64,000 bases of DNA from Nitrospirota bacterium (lineage in GTDB: Bacteria; Nitrospirota; Thermodesulfovibrionia; Thermodesulfovibrionales; UBA9159), in the NCBI GenBank assembly GCA_963699545.1, contig CAVOUE010000004.1, forward strand, positions 128,001 to 192,000, in the 5' to 3' direction. This document shows positions 1-10,395 of this stretch, piece by piece; positions within the stretch are counted from its first letter, which is position 1, and each line of letters starts with the position of its first letter. The translations under genes and the position numbers were made by a program. The notes under the pieces are model-generated. The model saw only the letters and a list, made by a program, of their open reading frames with translations, did not search any database and was not told the DNA's origin.

Positions 1-1
1 C

Positions 2-145
2 GCAATGAGAGGTACATTCATTGACTATGAAGGGATCAAGGTAATGCCCACCTTTCATCCTTCCTATCTCCTGAGAAATCCGAAAGACAAATGGCTTGTC
101 TGGGAGGACGCCCAGAAGGTCATCGGAATGCTGGGGGAAGGATGA
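2..145 (+). CDS. Uracil-DNA glycosylase family 4, 3' end (partial)
   Basis: Manual translation ...GIKVMPTFHPSYLLRNPKDKWLVWED...*. HPSYLLRNP is the family-4 UDG motif 2. Stop overlaps the next ATG (ATGA). Confidence 0.85.
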   Translation, partial: AMRGTFIDYEGIKVMPTFHPSYLLRNPKDKWLVWEDAQKVIGMLGEG

Positions 146-630
146 CCCAGCCGCTCTGGGCCCCCTGGAGGCTTCAGTATATTATTTCAAAAAAGGGACC
201 CGGATGTATCTTTTGCGAAAAGCATGTCCAGGCTGCGGACAGGGACAACCTCATCCTTTACCGGAGCACCGGTGGCTTTGTGATGCTGAACCTCTATCCT
301 TACAACAACGGCCACCTGATGGTGGTCCCGTACCGGCATGTGCACTCTATCACCGAACTTTCCGACGGGGAAGCCCTTGACCTCATGAAGATGACGCAGC
401 GATCGGTGCAGTGCCTCAGGGAGGCCTTCAGGCCGGAGGGGTTTAATATCGGTGTGAACATAGGCAAGGTCGCCGGTGCGGGAATCGAAGAGCATCTCCA
501 TTACCATGTCATCCCGCGATGGGTCGGGGATACCCACTTTATGGCGGTGCTGGGTGAGGTAAGGGTGATCCCCGAACATGTCCTGAGCACCTACGACAAG
601 CTCTTCCCCTTCTTCAATCCCATACAATAG
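142..630 (+). CDS. HIT-family nucleotide hydrolase / Ap4A phosphorylase-like
   Basis: LWAPWR, CIFC, NLYPYNNGHLMVVPYRH and the HLHYHVIPRW histidine triad. Confidence 0.9.
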   Translation: MTQPLWAPWRLQYIISKKGPGCIFCEKHVQAADRDNLILYRSTGGFVMLNLYPYNNGHLMVVPYRHVHSITELSDGEALDLMKMTQRSVQCLREAFRPEGFNIGVNIGKVAGAGIEEHLHYHVIPRWVGDTHFMAVLGEVRVIPEHVLSTYDKLFPFFNPIQ

Positions 631-835
631 CTTCCGATCCCGGTAGATTATCTCCCGCCGAAAGCAGTTCGCATGTTGGTTACCACTCCCGGGTGATCTC
701 GCTTTCCCGCTGTAACCTTTTGCTCGCCCGCTGCGTCTTTGTAGCAGAAGGAGGAACTGGTACAAAGAAATACCGCGGAATTCGTCCTGAAGGGAAAGAA
801 TGGCGTCTGAAAATCGAAAGAAAAGGGAGGTTCGT

Positions 836-1393
836 ATGAAAAAAGTACTTGCTGGTATGTTCCTTGGTCTTCTGTTCACGGTTCTTACACCCTATACCTC
901 ATACGGAGAGAAGTGTGGTTGTGCTGGTAAGATGGGCGGGGATATGCCCAAGATGGAAGGAATGAGAGACCGGCATATGGGAATGCATGGTGGCGAGCAT
1001 CGCATGTGGAGGGGTCTCAGAGGCCTCGGGTTGGATGAAAAGCAAAAAGAAGCGATAAAGGAGATCAAAAGCAGAGTGATGAAGGATACCATCAGGAAGA
1101 GGGCGGATATCCAGGTCGCCAGGATAGAATTGAGGGATATCCTTGATAAAGACGTTGTGGATATGAACGCTGCTGAGGCGAAACTGAAGCAGATATCATC
1201 GATGATGACGGAGATGCGCCTGTCCCACATAAAAACGATGGAGGAGGTCAAGGCAAGACTCACCCCCGAGCAGAGGAAGAAATTCAGGGAAAACCTTCAA
1301 AGGCACGGGAGCTGGGCAGGCGGCCGTGCCGGAATGAGCCCGTACGGGAAAAAGGGGGACAAGGAGCAGGCGAAGGGGCGTAAGGGCAATTAG
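836..1393 (+). CDS. Spy/CpxP-family periplasmic protein
   Basis: Signal peptide, Met/His/Gly-rich N-terminus, LGLDEKQKEAI and LTPEQRKKF motifs; GGGAGG RBS. Confidence 0.8.
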   Translation: MKKVLAGMFLGLLFTVLTPYTSYGEKCGCAGKMGGDMPKMEGMRDRHMGMHGGEHRMWRGLRGLGLDEKQKEAIKEIKSRVMKDTIRKRADIQVARIELRDILDKDVVDMNAAEAKLKQISSMMTEMRLSHIKTMEEVKARLTPEQRKKFRENLQRHGSWAGGRAGMSPYGKKGDKEQAKGRKGN

Positions 1394-1542
1394 GAAGTTT
1401 AAGGGACAGCATACGCAGCGTGTCGATGCCGGATCAGTCCGGAACGGCTGCGGCGAGGGATGATACGATGGCAAACGCGCAGGCCTGTTGTTACGTTTTT
1501 CATCTTGCCCGAACCGGTCCTAAGGCATTACAATTGAGCGAG

Positions 1543-2109
1543 ATGACCGCACCCGATGAGATGCCGGCCGATGAATACTTCATCAAAGCAGCTCTTTCAG
1601 GCGATGACGAGGCATTCACCGAGCTGGTGCGACGTCATAAGCGAAAGGTGTTCAGCATCGTCGCCAGGTTTGTGAGGAATTCCCATGAACTCGATGATGT
1701 CTGCCAGGAGACATTTATGAAAGTGTATCAAAGTCTGAGAAACTATCGGGGTGATGCCCCGTTTGAGCATTGGGTTTCGAAGATAGCGGTGAATGCGTGT
1801 TATGACGCACTTCGCAGGCAGCGCCGCAGGCAGGCCGAGGTGCCACTGGAAGATGTTGAGTTCTGGCTGAGCGAGCCCGCCTCAGATTCAGGCAACCCCT
1901 CCTGGCAGGAATCGTGGGAGGTTCTGAGGCGTGCGCTGGAGGCATTACGTCCCGATGACCGGCTGGTGATCACCCTGCTCAACCTGGAAGAGAAATCCGT
2001 GCGTGAGGTTTCGGCATTGACCGGATGGAGCGAGGCAAAGGTGAAGGTGCGTGCCTTCAGGGCACGAAAGGAACTTAAGAGAATGATGGAGGATGGCCAT
2101 GGAAAATGA
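1543..2109 (+). CDS. ECF RNA polymerase sigma factor
   Basis: GDDEAFTELVRRH, DDVCQETFMK, W..IAVNACYD, region 4 SVREVSALTGWSEAKVKVRAFRAR; start uncertain. Confidence 0.9.
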   Translation: MTAPDEMPADEYFIKAALSGDDEAFTELVRRHKRKVFSIVARFVRNSHELDDVCQETFMKVYQSLRNYRGDAPFEHWVSKIAVNACYDALRRQRRRQAEVPLEDVEFWLSEPASDSGNPSWQESWEVLRRALEALRPDDRLVITLLNLEEKSVREVSALTGWSEAKVKVRAFRARKELKRMMEDGHGK

Positions 2110-2407
2110 TCGGAATGGAGATGCGCTTGACAGGTTGTTTGCCGCTGCCCGCAAGGCTGAGCCTTACCGGTCCGGTGCGGAATACGGGTTTGAGACCCGT
2201 GTTATGGCAAGGATACGATCGCAGCGTGAAGGACAGATGCCTTTCCTCCTGTGGTCATGGCGGCTTATCCCGTTTTTTGTTTCTGTTGTTCTTTTTCTTG
2301 GGATCTGGACCTATACATCTGAATCTTATCCGCTCGTTGACATAAGCGCACTAACCGGGATCGGGAATGAGGAGACGACGCTTGTGGCTTTTCTGACAGG
2401 TGAATGA
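2099..2407 (+). CDS. Putative anti-sigma factor, single TM
   Basis: Overlaps the ECF stop; FETRVMARI motif followed by one hydrophobic helix. Confidence 0.6.
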   Translation: MENDRNGDALDRLFAAARKAEPYRSGAEYGFETRVMARIRSQREGQMPFLLWSWRLIPFFVSVVLFLGIWTYTSESYPLVDISALTGIGNEETTLVAFLTGE

Positions 2408-2408
2408 G

Positions 2409-2798
2409 ATGAAGAAGTGGAAAGCGATAGTGAGCATTGTCATCGTGTTCTTGCTCGGCGCACTGGCGGGCACCCTTGTGACGAATACTGTGTGCCAGCA
2501 AAGAACGGTGAACCTTATCAAAGGTGAAGCAAAATCAACGAGGGAATTCATTGTCCGGCGGCTGAACCTTGAGCTTCACCTTGATGCGGCTCAGCAGGAA
2601 CAGTTGCGCTCCATAGTGCAGGAAACACATGCCGAGATGAGGAACCTGCGCAGGCAGTTCAGACCTCAGACTGAAGAGATACTCGCACGTTCCCAGGAAA
2701 AGGTTCGGGCAATATTGCGGCCTGACCAGCTTGAAAAATACGAAAAGACAGTGGCAGAGCGCAGAAAGAAACGGGCGCATGAAGAAGACAGCAGATAG
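2409..2798 (+). CDS. Periplasmic heavy-metal sensor (ZraP/Spy-like)
   Basis: N-terminal TM, ELHLDAAQQEQL, ILRPDQLEKY; same operon as the ECF sigma. Confidence 0.65.
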   Translation: MKKWKAIVSIVIVFLLGALAGTLVTNTVCQQRTVNLIKGEAKSTREFIVRRLNLELHLDAAQQEQLRSIVQETHAEMRNLRRQFRPQTEEILARSQEKVRAILRPDQLEKYEKTVAERRKKRAHEEDSR

Positions 2799-2834
2799 TT
2801 CCGGAAGATTATAACAAACCTACAGGAGGTAGCT

Positions 2835-3539
2835 ATGCGAAAGACCGCAACGGGTAGATGGCTCAAGGCCTGGTTCCTTTTTTTTGGCGTCACGTTTCCC
2901 ATGCTTCTCAGTGGCTGTGGATCAAATGATTCTCTGCCAACGTGGAACATCACCGGCAGTTCGTTCATATACCATACGACAAACGGCACACCCGGAGAAC
3001 AAGGACCGGATCTCTTTGTGTTCACGCAGGCAGGTGGCAGCCTCTCCGGAACGACACCTCTGAACCAGCCTATCACAGGCAGTGTCAGCGAATCGACCGT
3101 TACTTTTTCCTGGGTTGGCAGCGATGGAGCTACGTATGATTATAACGGGGAAATAGAAACGAACGGGACCACGATGTCCGGGACGTGGACAAGCACCAAC
3201 GGGCAATCAGGGACATGGCACGCGATAGTGAATGCGTCCCCGGCGGTCGACATCACGGGGAACTGGAACACCTTTCATACGACAAACGGCACGCCCGGAG
3301 AACAGGGACCGGATCTCTTTGTGTTCACACAGTCAGGGAATGGTATTTCGGGGACAGCGATACAGGGCAGCCAGCTCAAAGGCACCATCAGCAGCCTGAC
3401 CATTACTTTTTCCTGGGTCGGCAGCGATGGAGCTACGTATATTTATACTGGGACAGTGAGTGGCGGGACGACGATGTCGGGCACATGGACAGCCACCAAC
3501 GGGCAAGCGGGCACGTGGCGTGCGACAAAGGGCAGCTGA
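2835..3539 (+). CDS. Lipoprotein with two tandem ~100-aa beta-rich domains
   Basis: Lipobox LLSGC; internal duplication with 303-bp period; AGGAGG RBS. Confidence 0.8.
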   Translation: MRKTATGRWLKAWFLFFGVTFPMLLSGCGSNDSLPTWNITGSSFIYHTTNGTPGEQGPDLFVFTQAGGSLSGTTPLNQPITGSVSESTVTFSWVGSDGATYDYNGEIETNGTTMSGTWTSTNGQSGTWHAIVNASPAVDITGNWNTFHTTNGTPGEQGPDLFVFTQSGNGISGTAIQGSQLKGTISSLTITFSWVGSDGATYIYTGTVSGGTTMSGTWTATNGQAGTWRATKGS

Positions 3540-3661
3540 GAAGAAAGAGCCGGGGAGGGAGGCATCGCAGGGCGGTCCGTGCAGGTGAGGGAGTGTCCCG
3601 CCTCCCTTCTTTCTGAAAAACGAAAAGCGAACAGTTCTGACCGTGGTTCGCAGCAAGCCTT

Positions 3662-4063
3662 TTAGATACTGTGGATCAGATAGATCGCGAGGAAGACCCC
3701 TATGGCCAGGACCGACATGGTGAGGAGTATGTCAAGGATCAGAGAGGGCCGGTAGGTATCTTCATCTATTTGCCGCTCGACCTTCTTGTACCGGATGAAA
3801 GAGAGCACGCCCATGAAGGTGCCGAGAAACACGAGGAATATTCCAAAGAATGAAGAATAACCTGTCGGCGGAGCCGCGGGCGTTTCTTTCCCGATGAAAT
3901 ACGACACCTGTTTGAGGAAGAGGGCGAACTTCTCCACAACGAAACCGAAAGCCATGATCCCTATGCTTGTCCTTATCCACGCCAGGAAAGTCCTTTCGTT
4001 CGCCATGTGAACACGGCGGTTAAGGACCTTCGGCGATTCTTTCCCTTCAGTTCTCACCGGCAT
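3662..4063 (-). CDS. DUF202 / YidH-family membrane protein
   Basis: HMANERTFLAWIRTSIGIMAFGF signature and 3 TM helices. Confidence 0.9.
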   Translation of the reverse strand: MPVRTEGKESPKVLNRRVHMANERTFLAWIRTSIGIMAFGFVVEKFALFLKQVSYFIGKETPAAPPTGYSSFFGIFLVFLGTFMGVLSFIRYKKVERQIDEDTYRPSLILDILLTMSVLAIGVFLAIYLIHSI

Positions 4064-4135
4064 ACTGGTTCTCCCCTGGATGTGCCATCCCCGACAACAG
4101 GAAGCTCTTGCCAAAGTGTCTGTAAGAGAATTATT

Positions 4136-5734
4136 TCATTGTCTCTCAAGGAGTGCATACCTTCCGTCCTCATCAAGTACATGAAAGCCCAATTGCGTAA
4201 GTCCCGCAACTTCTTTTGCCTTTGTGATCAGCAGCAATCTGCCGACCCGTGCAAGAAAGGGCTTCATCTCATCCCTGTTCCCGACCCTCACGATCCTCCG
4301 GTCCGAATAAAAGACGATGCTCGGATTGTTGATCCCGTAAACGATGATCTTCTCTTCCCTGTTCAGTCTCTCCCTGGCGTAAAGGCTGTATTTGTGCAGC
4401 GTGCCCTGAAGCTGTCGGTTAGCCATGGGCAAGGCCTTTACAGAGAGGAGCAGGAGGAAGGTGACCATCATCAGCGCTATGAGACCATAGAGCGCCCTCC
4501 CGGTAACAGCGGCGTACATGCAGATGAGTGCCAGGGCACAGGCCATAAGACCTGCGGGAAGTGTCCAGCCGGCATCGGAGATCCCGAATGTCATGAGATA
4601 TTTTTCAGAGATCAAGAAGGCAATGCCTATGGCAACCATTATAACAGCAATGCCGGCGTTTGCATATTTTCTCCACCTCCCGTTTGCTGCCATGCCTGCA
4701 GAGATGAGGATGACCGCAGCAGGTATCGCAGGGAGAATATAATTGGGGAGCTTTGTCGTTGACACGGAAAAAAAGAGGAACACGAAAGAGAACCATGTCA
4801 GGGCAAACAAATCTAGTGCCGCCCAATGATTGAGGAGCGAGGAGTTCTCTTCCGGCGGGCGCTTGACTGTCATCCGCAACTTGGTGCGGTCCTTCAACCC
4901 TTGTCTGATCCCCGCGGGCAGAAAGGCGACCCAGGGCAAAAGTCCCGCGATGAGGACGGGGACGTAGTAATAGAAAGCCCCCTTGTGGCCTGATATGACA
5001 CCTGTGTAGCGCTTGAAATGATGTTTGATGAGGAACTGCTGGATGAATTCATTGCCGTTTATTTTGAGCTGTGCAATGTACCATGGAGCCGAAAGCGCCA
5101 GGAAGAGGAGGACCCCCGGTGCGCTGAATACCCGTTTCGTCCCCTTCACCCCCTCTGTGAGCAACAGATATGCGACCGCGACCCCAAAGGGGAAGAGGAT
5201 GCCTATGAGCCCCTTTGTGAGAAAGGCAAGGGCCGAAAAGACATAGAGTCCGTAAATGTACCTGCGCGCACCTTCCCGTGATTCGAGCGAAAGGAAGAAA
5301 GAGAAAAGGGCGAGCGCTATGAAAAGGGCCAATGCCATATCCGTGACGGCTGCATGGGAATATACAAGAAAGCACACCGAAAGACTCAGGGAGAGGGCAG
5401 CGTAAGAAGCCCGTTCCGTGTCGCGGAAATGCCTGACAAAGAGGAAAAGTGTCAGACAGAGGAGAAAACCGGAGAGGGCAGAGGGAAAACGAGCACCGAA
5501 CTCGTTGACGCCGAAGACCTTGTATGAGACCGCCATCAGCCAGTAAAAGAGGATGGGTTTGTCATAGCGGTTCTCGCCGTTATACGTCGGGGTTATCCAG
5601 TCACCGCCTTCGACCATCTCCTTTGTTGCCTCGGAGAAGACAGCCTCATCAACATCAAAGAGGGTGGCGGAACCAAGCCCGAAAAAGGACATGAGAAGAG
5701 CGATGGCAACGAGAGGCAAGAGGAATTTTGTCAT
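4136..5734 (-). CDS. ArnT/GT83-like glycosyltransferase
   Basis: LFDVDEAVF, GDWITP..NG..RYDKPIL.YWL, LTKG, TKLPNYILP; multi-TM. Confidence 0.85.
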   Translation of the reverse strand: MTKFLLPLVAIALLMSFFGLGSATLFDVDEAVFSEATKEMVEGGDWITPTYNGENRYDKPILFYWLMAVSYKVFGVNEFGARFPSALSGFLLCLTLFLFVRHFRDTERASYAALSLSLSVCFLVYSHAAVTDMALALFIALALFSFFLSLESREGARRYIYGLYVFSALAFLTKGLIGILFPFGVAVAYLLLTEGVKGTKRVFSAPGVLLFLALSAPWYIAQLKINGNEFIQQFLIKHHFKRYTGVISGHKGAFYYYVPVLIAGLLPWVAFLPAGIRQGLKDRTKLRMTVKRPPEENSSLLNHWAALDLFALTWFSFVFLFFSVSTTKLPNYILPAIPAAVILISAGMAANGRWRKYANAGIAVIMVAIGIAFLISEKYLMTFGISDAGWTLPAGLMACALALICMYAAVTGRALYGLIALMMVTFLLLLSVKALPMANRQLQGTLHKYSLYARERLNREEKIIVYGINNPSIVFYSDRRIVRVGNRDEMKPFLARVGRLLLITKAKEVAGLTQLGFHVLDEDGRYALLERQ

Positions 5735-5742
5735 GAAGTGAG

Positions 5743-5913
5743 CTATTTCTCTAACTTCTTCTTATCTTCCGCAGGGTCTTCTTCCATTCCTTTCTTGAAT
5801 CCTCTTATGGCTTCCCCGATGCTCTTTCCAAGGGACGGAAGTTTACTCGGTCCGAACATCACAAGGGCGATGACCAAAACAACCACCAGTTCCGGTAATC
5901 CAAGGCCAAACAT
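5743..5913 (-). CDS. tatA: Twin-arginine translocase subunit TatA
   Basis: MFGLGLPELVVVLVIALVMFGPSKLPSLGKSIGEAIRGFKK; AGGAGG RBS. Confidence 0.95.
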   Translation of the reverse strand: MFGLGLPELVVVLVIALVMFGPSKLPSLGKSIGEAIRGFKKGMEEDPAEDKKKLEK

Positions 5914-6034
5914 ATATCCTCCTTTTCCACTGCGCGTTGGCAGAACGGCATGTTTAGTATACACGTTAAGGCGTTGCTATTGGCACAAAAAAAGTTCGGG
6001 AGTCTCTTTTCATGCCTGACAGTGAGGGTTCCCA

Positions 6035-8626
6035 TCAGTGGCAGTACCTCCCTTCCAGGAAATCCCTTGCATACCGTTCGGCGGTCCGGTCGTCGTGCAG
6101 TTCGGCATCCAGCTGCCGTGTATACGCGATAAGCCTGCCCAACTGGTCAAGGATGACTTCCATCTCCTCCTTTCTCAGGTTCGCGATGCGCGCGATGAGA
6201 AGATCCCCTTTGGCGCTCACAGAAAAGCCGTATTCTTTTAAGACAGTGGAGATAAGGCCCACCCTTCGGGATCGTTTCGTAATGTCCGTAGCGCCCCCGG
6301 CAAAGCGGAAATAGATGTGATTGTTTCTGGCAGTCTCACTGCAGAAGGAGTCTACGACCGTGAAATGGTAACCGAATCTCAGATTCAGGTTCGCATAGTC
6401 CTTTGACGCCACCGCCAGGTTGTATGGCGCGTGAGCTCCCGCATCCGTTACGATATCAGGCATCCTCATCATGCTTGAGAGAAAGTCGTTCACTTTGAGA
6501 GAGACCGTTGTGGACTTCCAGACGCCGGGGGAGATCAGGCCCGTGACAATCGCCCGCAAGGGAAGCGAAGTGATGCCATCAAGGGTCACACTGCTCTTCT
6601 TTTGGGTGTCCAGCGCCCCCCCGATATCGACGACCACGATCTCTGCAGGTACCGGAATATCAAGTCTTACTGCGATCTGACCGCGCACCTTTGGCTCCTG
6701 TGCGTTCTCGACGAGCTCTGTCACTGCCTTCTCATGGATGAACCGGATGATGTCGTGAATGGTTTTGCACCCTTCCGGAGTGAAGTCGTCCATCAATGGG
6801 TCTACAAGATTGAGGGGGGCGATATACCTGAGAATATATCTCTTCTTCCTGAACTCGTGGAGATTCTCCATTCTCGCAGAACGTGCGGCAGCGCTCTCAA
6901 GGAGTTCTTTTCTTATTCCCCGGTATAGTGCAGCGTTGCCTTCGTCGTCCGCATCAAGAGTGATCTCCTCTCCATGGACAAGGACGACCGTCGCGTTGCC
7001 GGTGTTCACCACAGTGGGGACCTTGAACTCCCTGCAGAGGGATGCCATATGGCTCGTGGGTGTTCCAATGTCGGTTACGATGGCCGAGACATAAGGCATG
7101 ACCCGCACATAATCAGAAGAATCGTGCGCCGCTACGAGTACCGCTCCTTTGGGGAACAGGTCAAGTTCTTCGGGATGTCTTGCGATGAAAACTTTGCCGG
7201 CGCCAATACCTCGCTGAATGACGACGCCTGGATCCCGGGTCAGAACCTTTGCATTGGAAGGGCCATCTGCAGTTTCATCCAGGCTGCCCCTCCGGGACAG
7301 CCGGAGAGCGGATAATGAAGAAACAGCCGTTTCGTCCACCTTCAGAGGCCGCGTCTGAAGGATAAATATCTTTCCTTCCCTGTCGACGGCCCATTCAATG
7401 TCCTGTGGCTTCCTGAAATGTCTTTCGATGAGGATCGCCTGCCTCGCAAGTTCTTTGGCCTGCTCCCGGGTCAGGCTCTGCCTCATCTTCAGGTCGTCGG
7501 GAGTTTGTATCGTCTCAATCCCCGATTCTTTCCCTTCGATTGTCATAACCTCTTTGCCACCCGTCTTACTGTCAACGATCTCAGGGTCCGCCGTCTTCTC
7601 CAGTACGTAAAGGTCTGCATCGGAACGCCCCTCAACTACGGTGGAGCCGAGTCCCCATGTGGCATTGATAAGCACCATGTTCGGATCGCCAGCCGGATGA
7701 GAGGAGTACATTACGCCGCTGGTCGCCGCATGGACCATGACCATGCATCCTACCGCCATCTTCATCTGTCCCAGGGGATAGCCCGATTGCCGCTGATAGG
7801 ATAGAGCTCTTGGAGAAAAGAGACTGGCCACTACCTGCCGGTACGCTTCAATGACCGCACTACGTTCAAGGGGAACGTTCAATCTTGTTTCGAACTGGCC
7901 GGCAAAGGAGAAGTCGGTGTCCTCTTCCTCAGCGCTGCTTCTCACCGCGAGAAAACAGTTTTCGCTGCAGCGCGCCTTCATTCCTTTCAGTGCCTGTTCG
8001 ATGGCGTTGCCCAATTGTGACGGGATTTCAGCAGTGAGGATGGAATCATGAAGTTCCCTTAGCGCAGCGTCAGTGGTTTCCTTGTCTGTGAGCGTCTCGA
8101 TCTTTCTGTCCAGGTGGTTGTGCCTCATGAATACGTCATAGGCAGCGGTTGTCAGAACAAAGGCCGCCGGAACGTCGAGGCGCAGGTAATTTCTTACCTC
8201 AGCAAGGTTGGCGTTTTTTCCCCCAACGGCGTGGCTGTTGTCCCATGAAATGTTGTCATAAAAAACGACCATTTCACCGGGGGATGGGATATCGAAGATC
8301 ATTCTTCTGATCCGGTCGTCGATACGGTCGACCGCGTCGTGAAGGTGGGGATATTTCTCTTGCGTGAGGAGATCGAAGTTGAGCAGGGAATCACCCAGCG
8401 CCGTGGAAAGTTCCGAGTAGGCCTTCTTTACATAGGAGATGTCAAAGAGATAATCTCCCCCGAGTTTATCACCGATATCGGTGATGATCTCCAGAGCACG
8501 GTTGTTCTTCTCAAGGACCTCCTTGAAATGCCCAAAGAGAAGGTCAAAGGGCAGGATACTCCCCCTCATGCGGCGTCCAGGCCACATCATCTTCTTCAAT
8601 CGCCCTGCAAACTTATTCACCGTCAT
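6035..8626 (-). CDS. PEP/pyruvate-binding (ATP-grasp) + phospho-His swivel dikinase-like protein
   Basis: VGGKNANL, AVRSSAEEED..SFAGQF, PQDIEWA, LQTRPL, TSHMASLCREFKVP; C-terminus does not look like the PpsA barrel. Confidence 0.8.
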   Translation of the reverse strand: MTVNKFAGRLKKMMWPGRRMRGSILPFDLLFGHFKEVLEKNNRALEIITDIGDKLGGDYLFDISYVKKAYSELSTALGDSLLNFDLLTQEKYPHLHDAVDRIDDRIRRMIFDIPSPGEMVVFYDNISWDNSHAVGGKNANLAEVRNYLRLDVPAAFVLTTAAYDVFMRHNHLDRKIETLTDKETTDAALRELHDSILTAEIPSQLGNAIEQALKGMKARCSENCFLAVRSSAEEEDTDFSFAGQFETRLNVPLERSAVIEAYRQVVASLFSPRALSYQRQSGYPLGQMKMAVGCMVMVHAATSGVMYSSHPAGDPNMVLINATWGLGSTVVEGRSDADLYVLEKTADPEIVDSKTGGKEVMTIEGKESGIETIQTPDDLKMRQSLTREQAKELARQAILIERHFRKPQDIEWAVDREGKIFILQTRPLKVDETAVSSLSALRLSRRGSLDETADGPSNAKVLTRDPGVVIQRGIGAGKVFIARHPEELDLFPKGAVLVAAHDSSDYVRVMPYVSAIVTDIGTPTSHMASLCREFKVPTVVNTGNATVVLVHGEEITLDADDEGNAALYRGIRKELLESAAARSARMENLHEFRKKRYILRYIAPLNLVDPLMDDFTPEGCKTIHDIIRFIHEKAVTELVENAQEPKVRGQIAVRLDIPVPAEIVVVDIGGALDTQKKSSVTLDGITSLPLRAIVTGLISPGVWKSTTVSLKVNDFLSSMMRMPDIVTDAGAHAPYNLAVASKDYANLNLRFGYHFTVVDSFCSETARNNHIYFRFAGGATDITKRSRRVGLISTVLKEYGFSVSAKGDLLIARIANLRKEEMEVILDQLGRLIAYTRQLDAELHDDRTAERYARDFLEGRYCH

Positions 8627-8988
8627 CTGATCAGTGCACGCCGTATGGAGGCCTTCAACTCCTTGATCTTGACGGGTTTTGGAAAGAAATCATGCACTTC
8701 CGCCCTCAATGCCTCTATGGCGGCGTCAAGATTTGCAAAGGCTGTTATCATGATGACCCTGGTTTCGGGGTAAAGTTGCTTCACTGTCCGCAGGACCTCC
8801 ATGCCGTCTATGCCCTTCATTTTGAGGTCTGTGACCACAACGTCAAATTTCTGATCCTTTAAGCGCGCAAGTGCCGGCTCGGCATTCACGAACGTTTCTA
8901 CCGTGTATCCGTCCTGCTCAAGTGACATCTTCGCCATATCACCTACGATTTTTTCATCGTCGATGACCATAATCCTGTACGTGCTCAT
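8623..8988 (-). CDS. Single-domain response regulator
   Basis: IMVIDDE, VVVTDLKM, MITAF, KP. Confidence 0.9.
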   Translation of the reverse strand: MSTYRIMVIDDEKIVGDMAKMSLEQDGYTVETFVNAEPALARLKDQKFDVVVTDLKMKGIDGMEVLRTVKQLYPETRVIMITAFANLDAAIEALRAEVHDFFPKPVKIKELKASIRRALIR

Positions 8989-8997
8989 CTTTTCCTC

Positions 8998-10391
8998 CTA
9001 AGTTTTAAGGACCGGCAGCTCGATGGTGAAAGCGGTTCCGGTTCCCACGGTGCTCTCCACCCTGATGGTGCCTTTATGATTTTTTATTATTCCGTAGCTC
9101 ACGGACAGTCCCAGGCCTGTTCCCCCCACGCCCTTTGTGCTGAAGAAGGGATCAAATACGTGTGGCAGGAACTCGGCGGGTATGCCTTTGCCCGAATCCT
9201 TCACCACCACCTCCACCGCTTCCCTGCTTTTTTCATATCGCGTTGCAACTGACAATTCTCCCCCGGGTGACATTGCCTGGACGGCGTTCACCATGAGATT
9301 TACGAGGACCTGCTGCATCTGGTGGTCGTCCACGCGGACCCGGGGCAGTGCCTGTTGCCAGGGACAATTTCGTTTCAATTTTGGAGATGTCGAGCATATT
9401 CTGCACCAGCGCAAGCCCTTTGCGTACGACCCCGTTGATGTCGGTTTCCTGCAGGTTCGCCTCTTTCGGCTTCGAAAAATCAAGAAGGTTTTTCACGATC
9501 TTCCGTATCCTCTCTGTTTCCCCCTCCACCTTGTCCATGAAATCGAGTCGCTCCTCCCTGCTCAGCCTGTCGTAGAGTTCACTGTATGTCTGCGCGACCA
9601 TCGAAATGTTGTTCAGGGGGTTGGTGAGCTCATGGGCAACGCCGGCGGTGAGAATGCCGAGAGACGCCAGCTTCTTGGACTGTATGATCTCCTCTTCCCT
9701 GTTCCTGAGTTCGTCGGACATGAGATTTATCGCCTTCATCACCGAGCCGAGCTCGTCGGCAGACCTGGGGTTCTCGATCTTCCTGAAATTCCCTTCAGAT
9801 ATCAACAGGGCGAGCCGCTCGATCTCTCTCAGGGACCGAACGATCTTCTGGGAAATCAGATGGCTGATAATGACCGCAGAGAAGAGGACGGCCCAGAAGG
9901 AATAGAACAATGTCTTCTTTGCACCCGAAATGATATCATTGACCCGTTTTCTTTCCAGAATGGTAATGGTCTCGGAGAACTCCTTCAGTTTTTTCCCCTC
10001 TTCCCTGAGCTTTGTTCTCCAGTTGGACGTTTTCCGCGTTTCTTCTCACGTCCTCCACCGTGTCGGAATATCTTCCCAGGTGCGCGAGCAGCTGCCGGAG
10101 ATTGTCTTCACCGATGGCCCTGGATATGTCGTCGCTCACCCCGCCGATCGACTCCCGCGTACTATTTATCTTGTTCTTTATGTCGAAGAGGGCTGATTCA
10201 TCCCGGTAGAGGAAATAGTTCTTTTCCGAAAGCCGCATCTCAAGAAAGGAGGCGTTCAGGTCGTCGGCGATCTCCACAAACCTCAGCTTTGTGAGGATGA
10301 GATTGAGGCTCTGTATGGCAAAGAGACCTATGAGCACGATGAGAGCCATATTGAAGATGTTGGAAAGTACGATCTTTCGTTCGATCTTCAT
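8998..10391 (-). CDS. HAMP sensor histidine kinase (frameshifted in this sequence)
   Basis: Three ORF pieces: sensor LEMRLSEKNYFLY, H-box AHELTNPLNNI, and HATPase NAVQA/DSGKGI/GTGLGL. Confidence 0.8.
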
Positions 10392-10395
10392 GGTC

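Noticed and set aside
5981-5997. TGGCAC upstream of tatA
   Set aside because: Wrong strand for tatA and no -12 GC.
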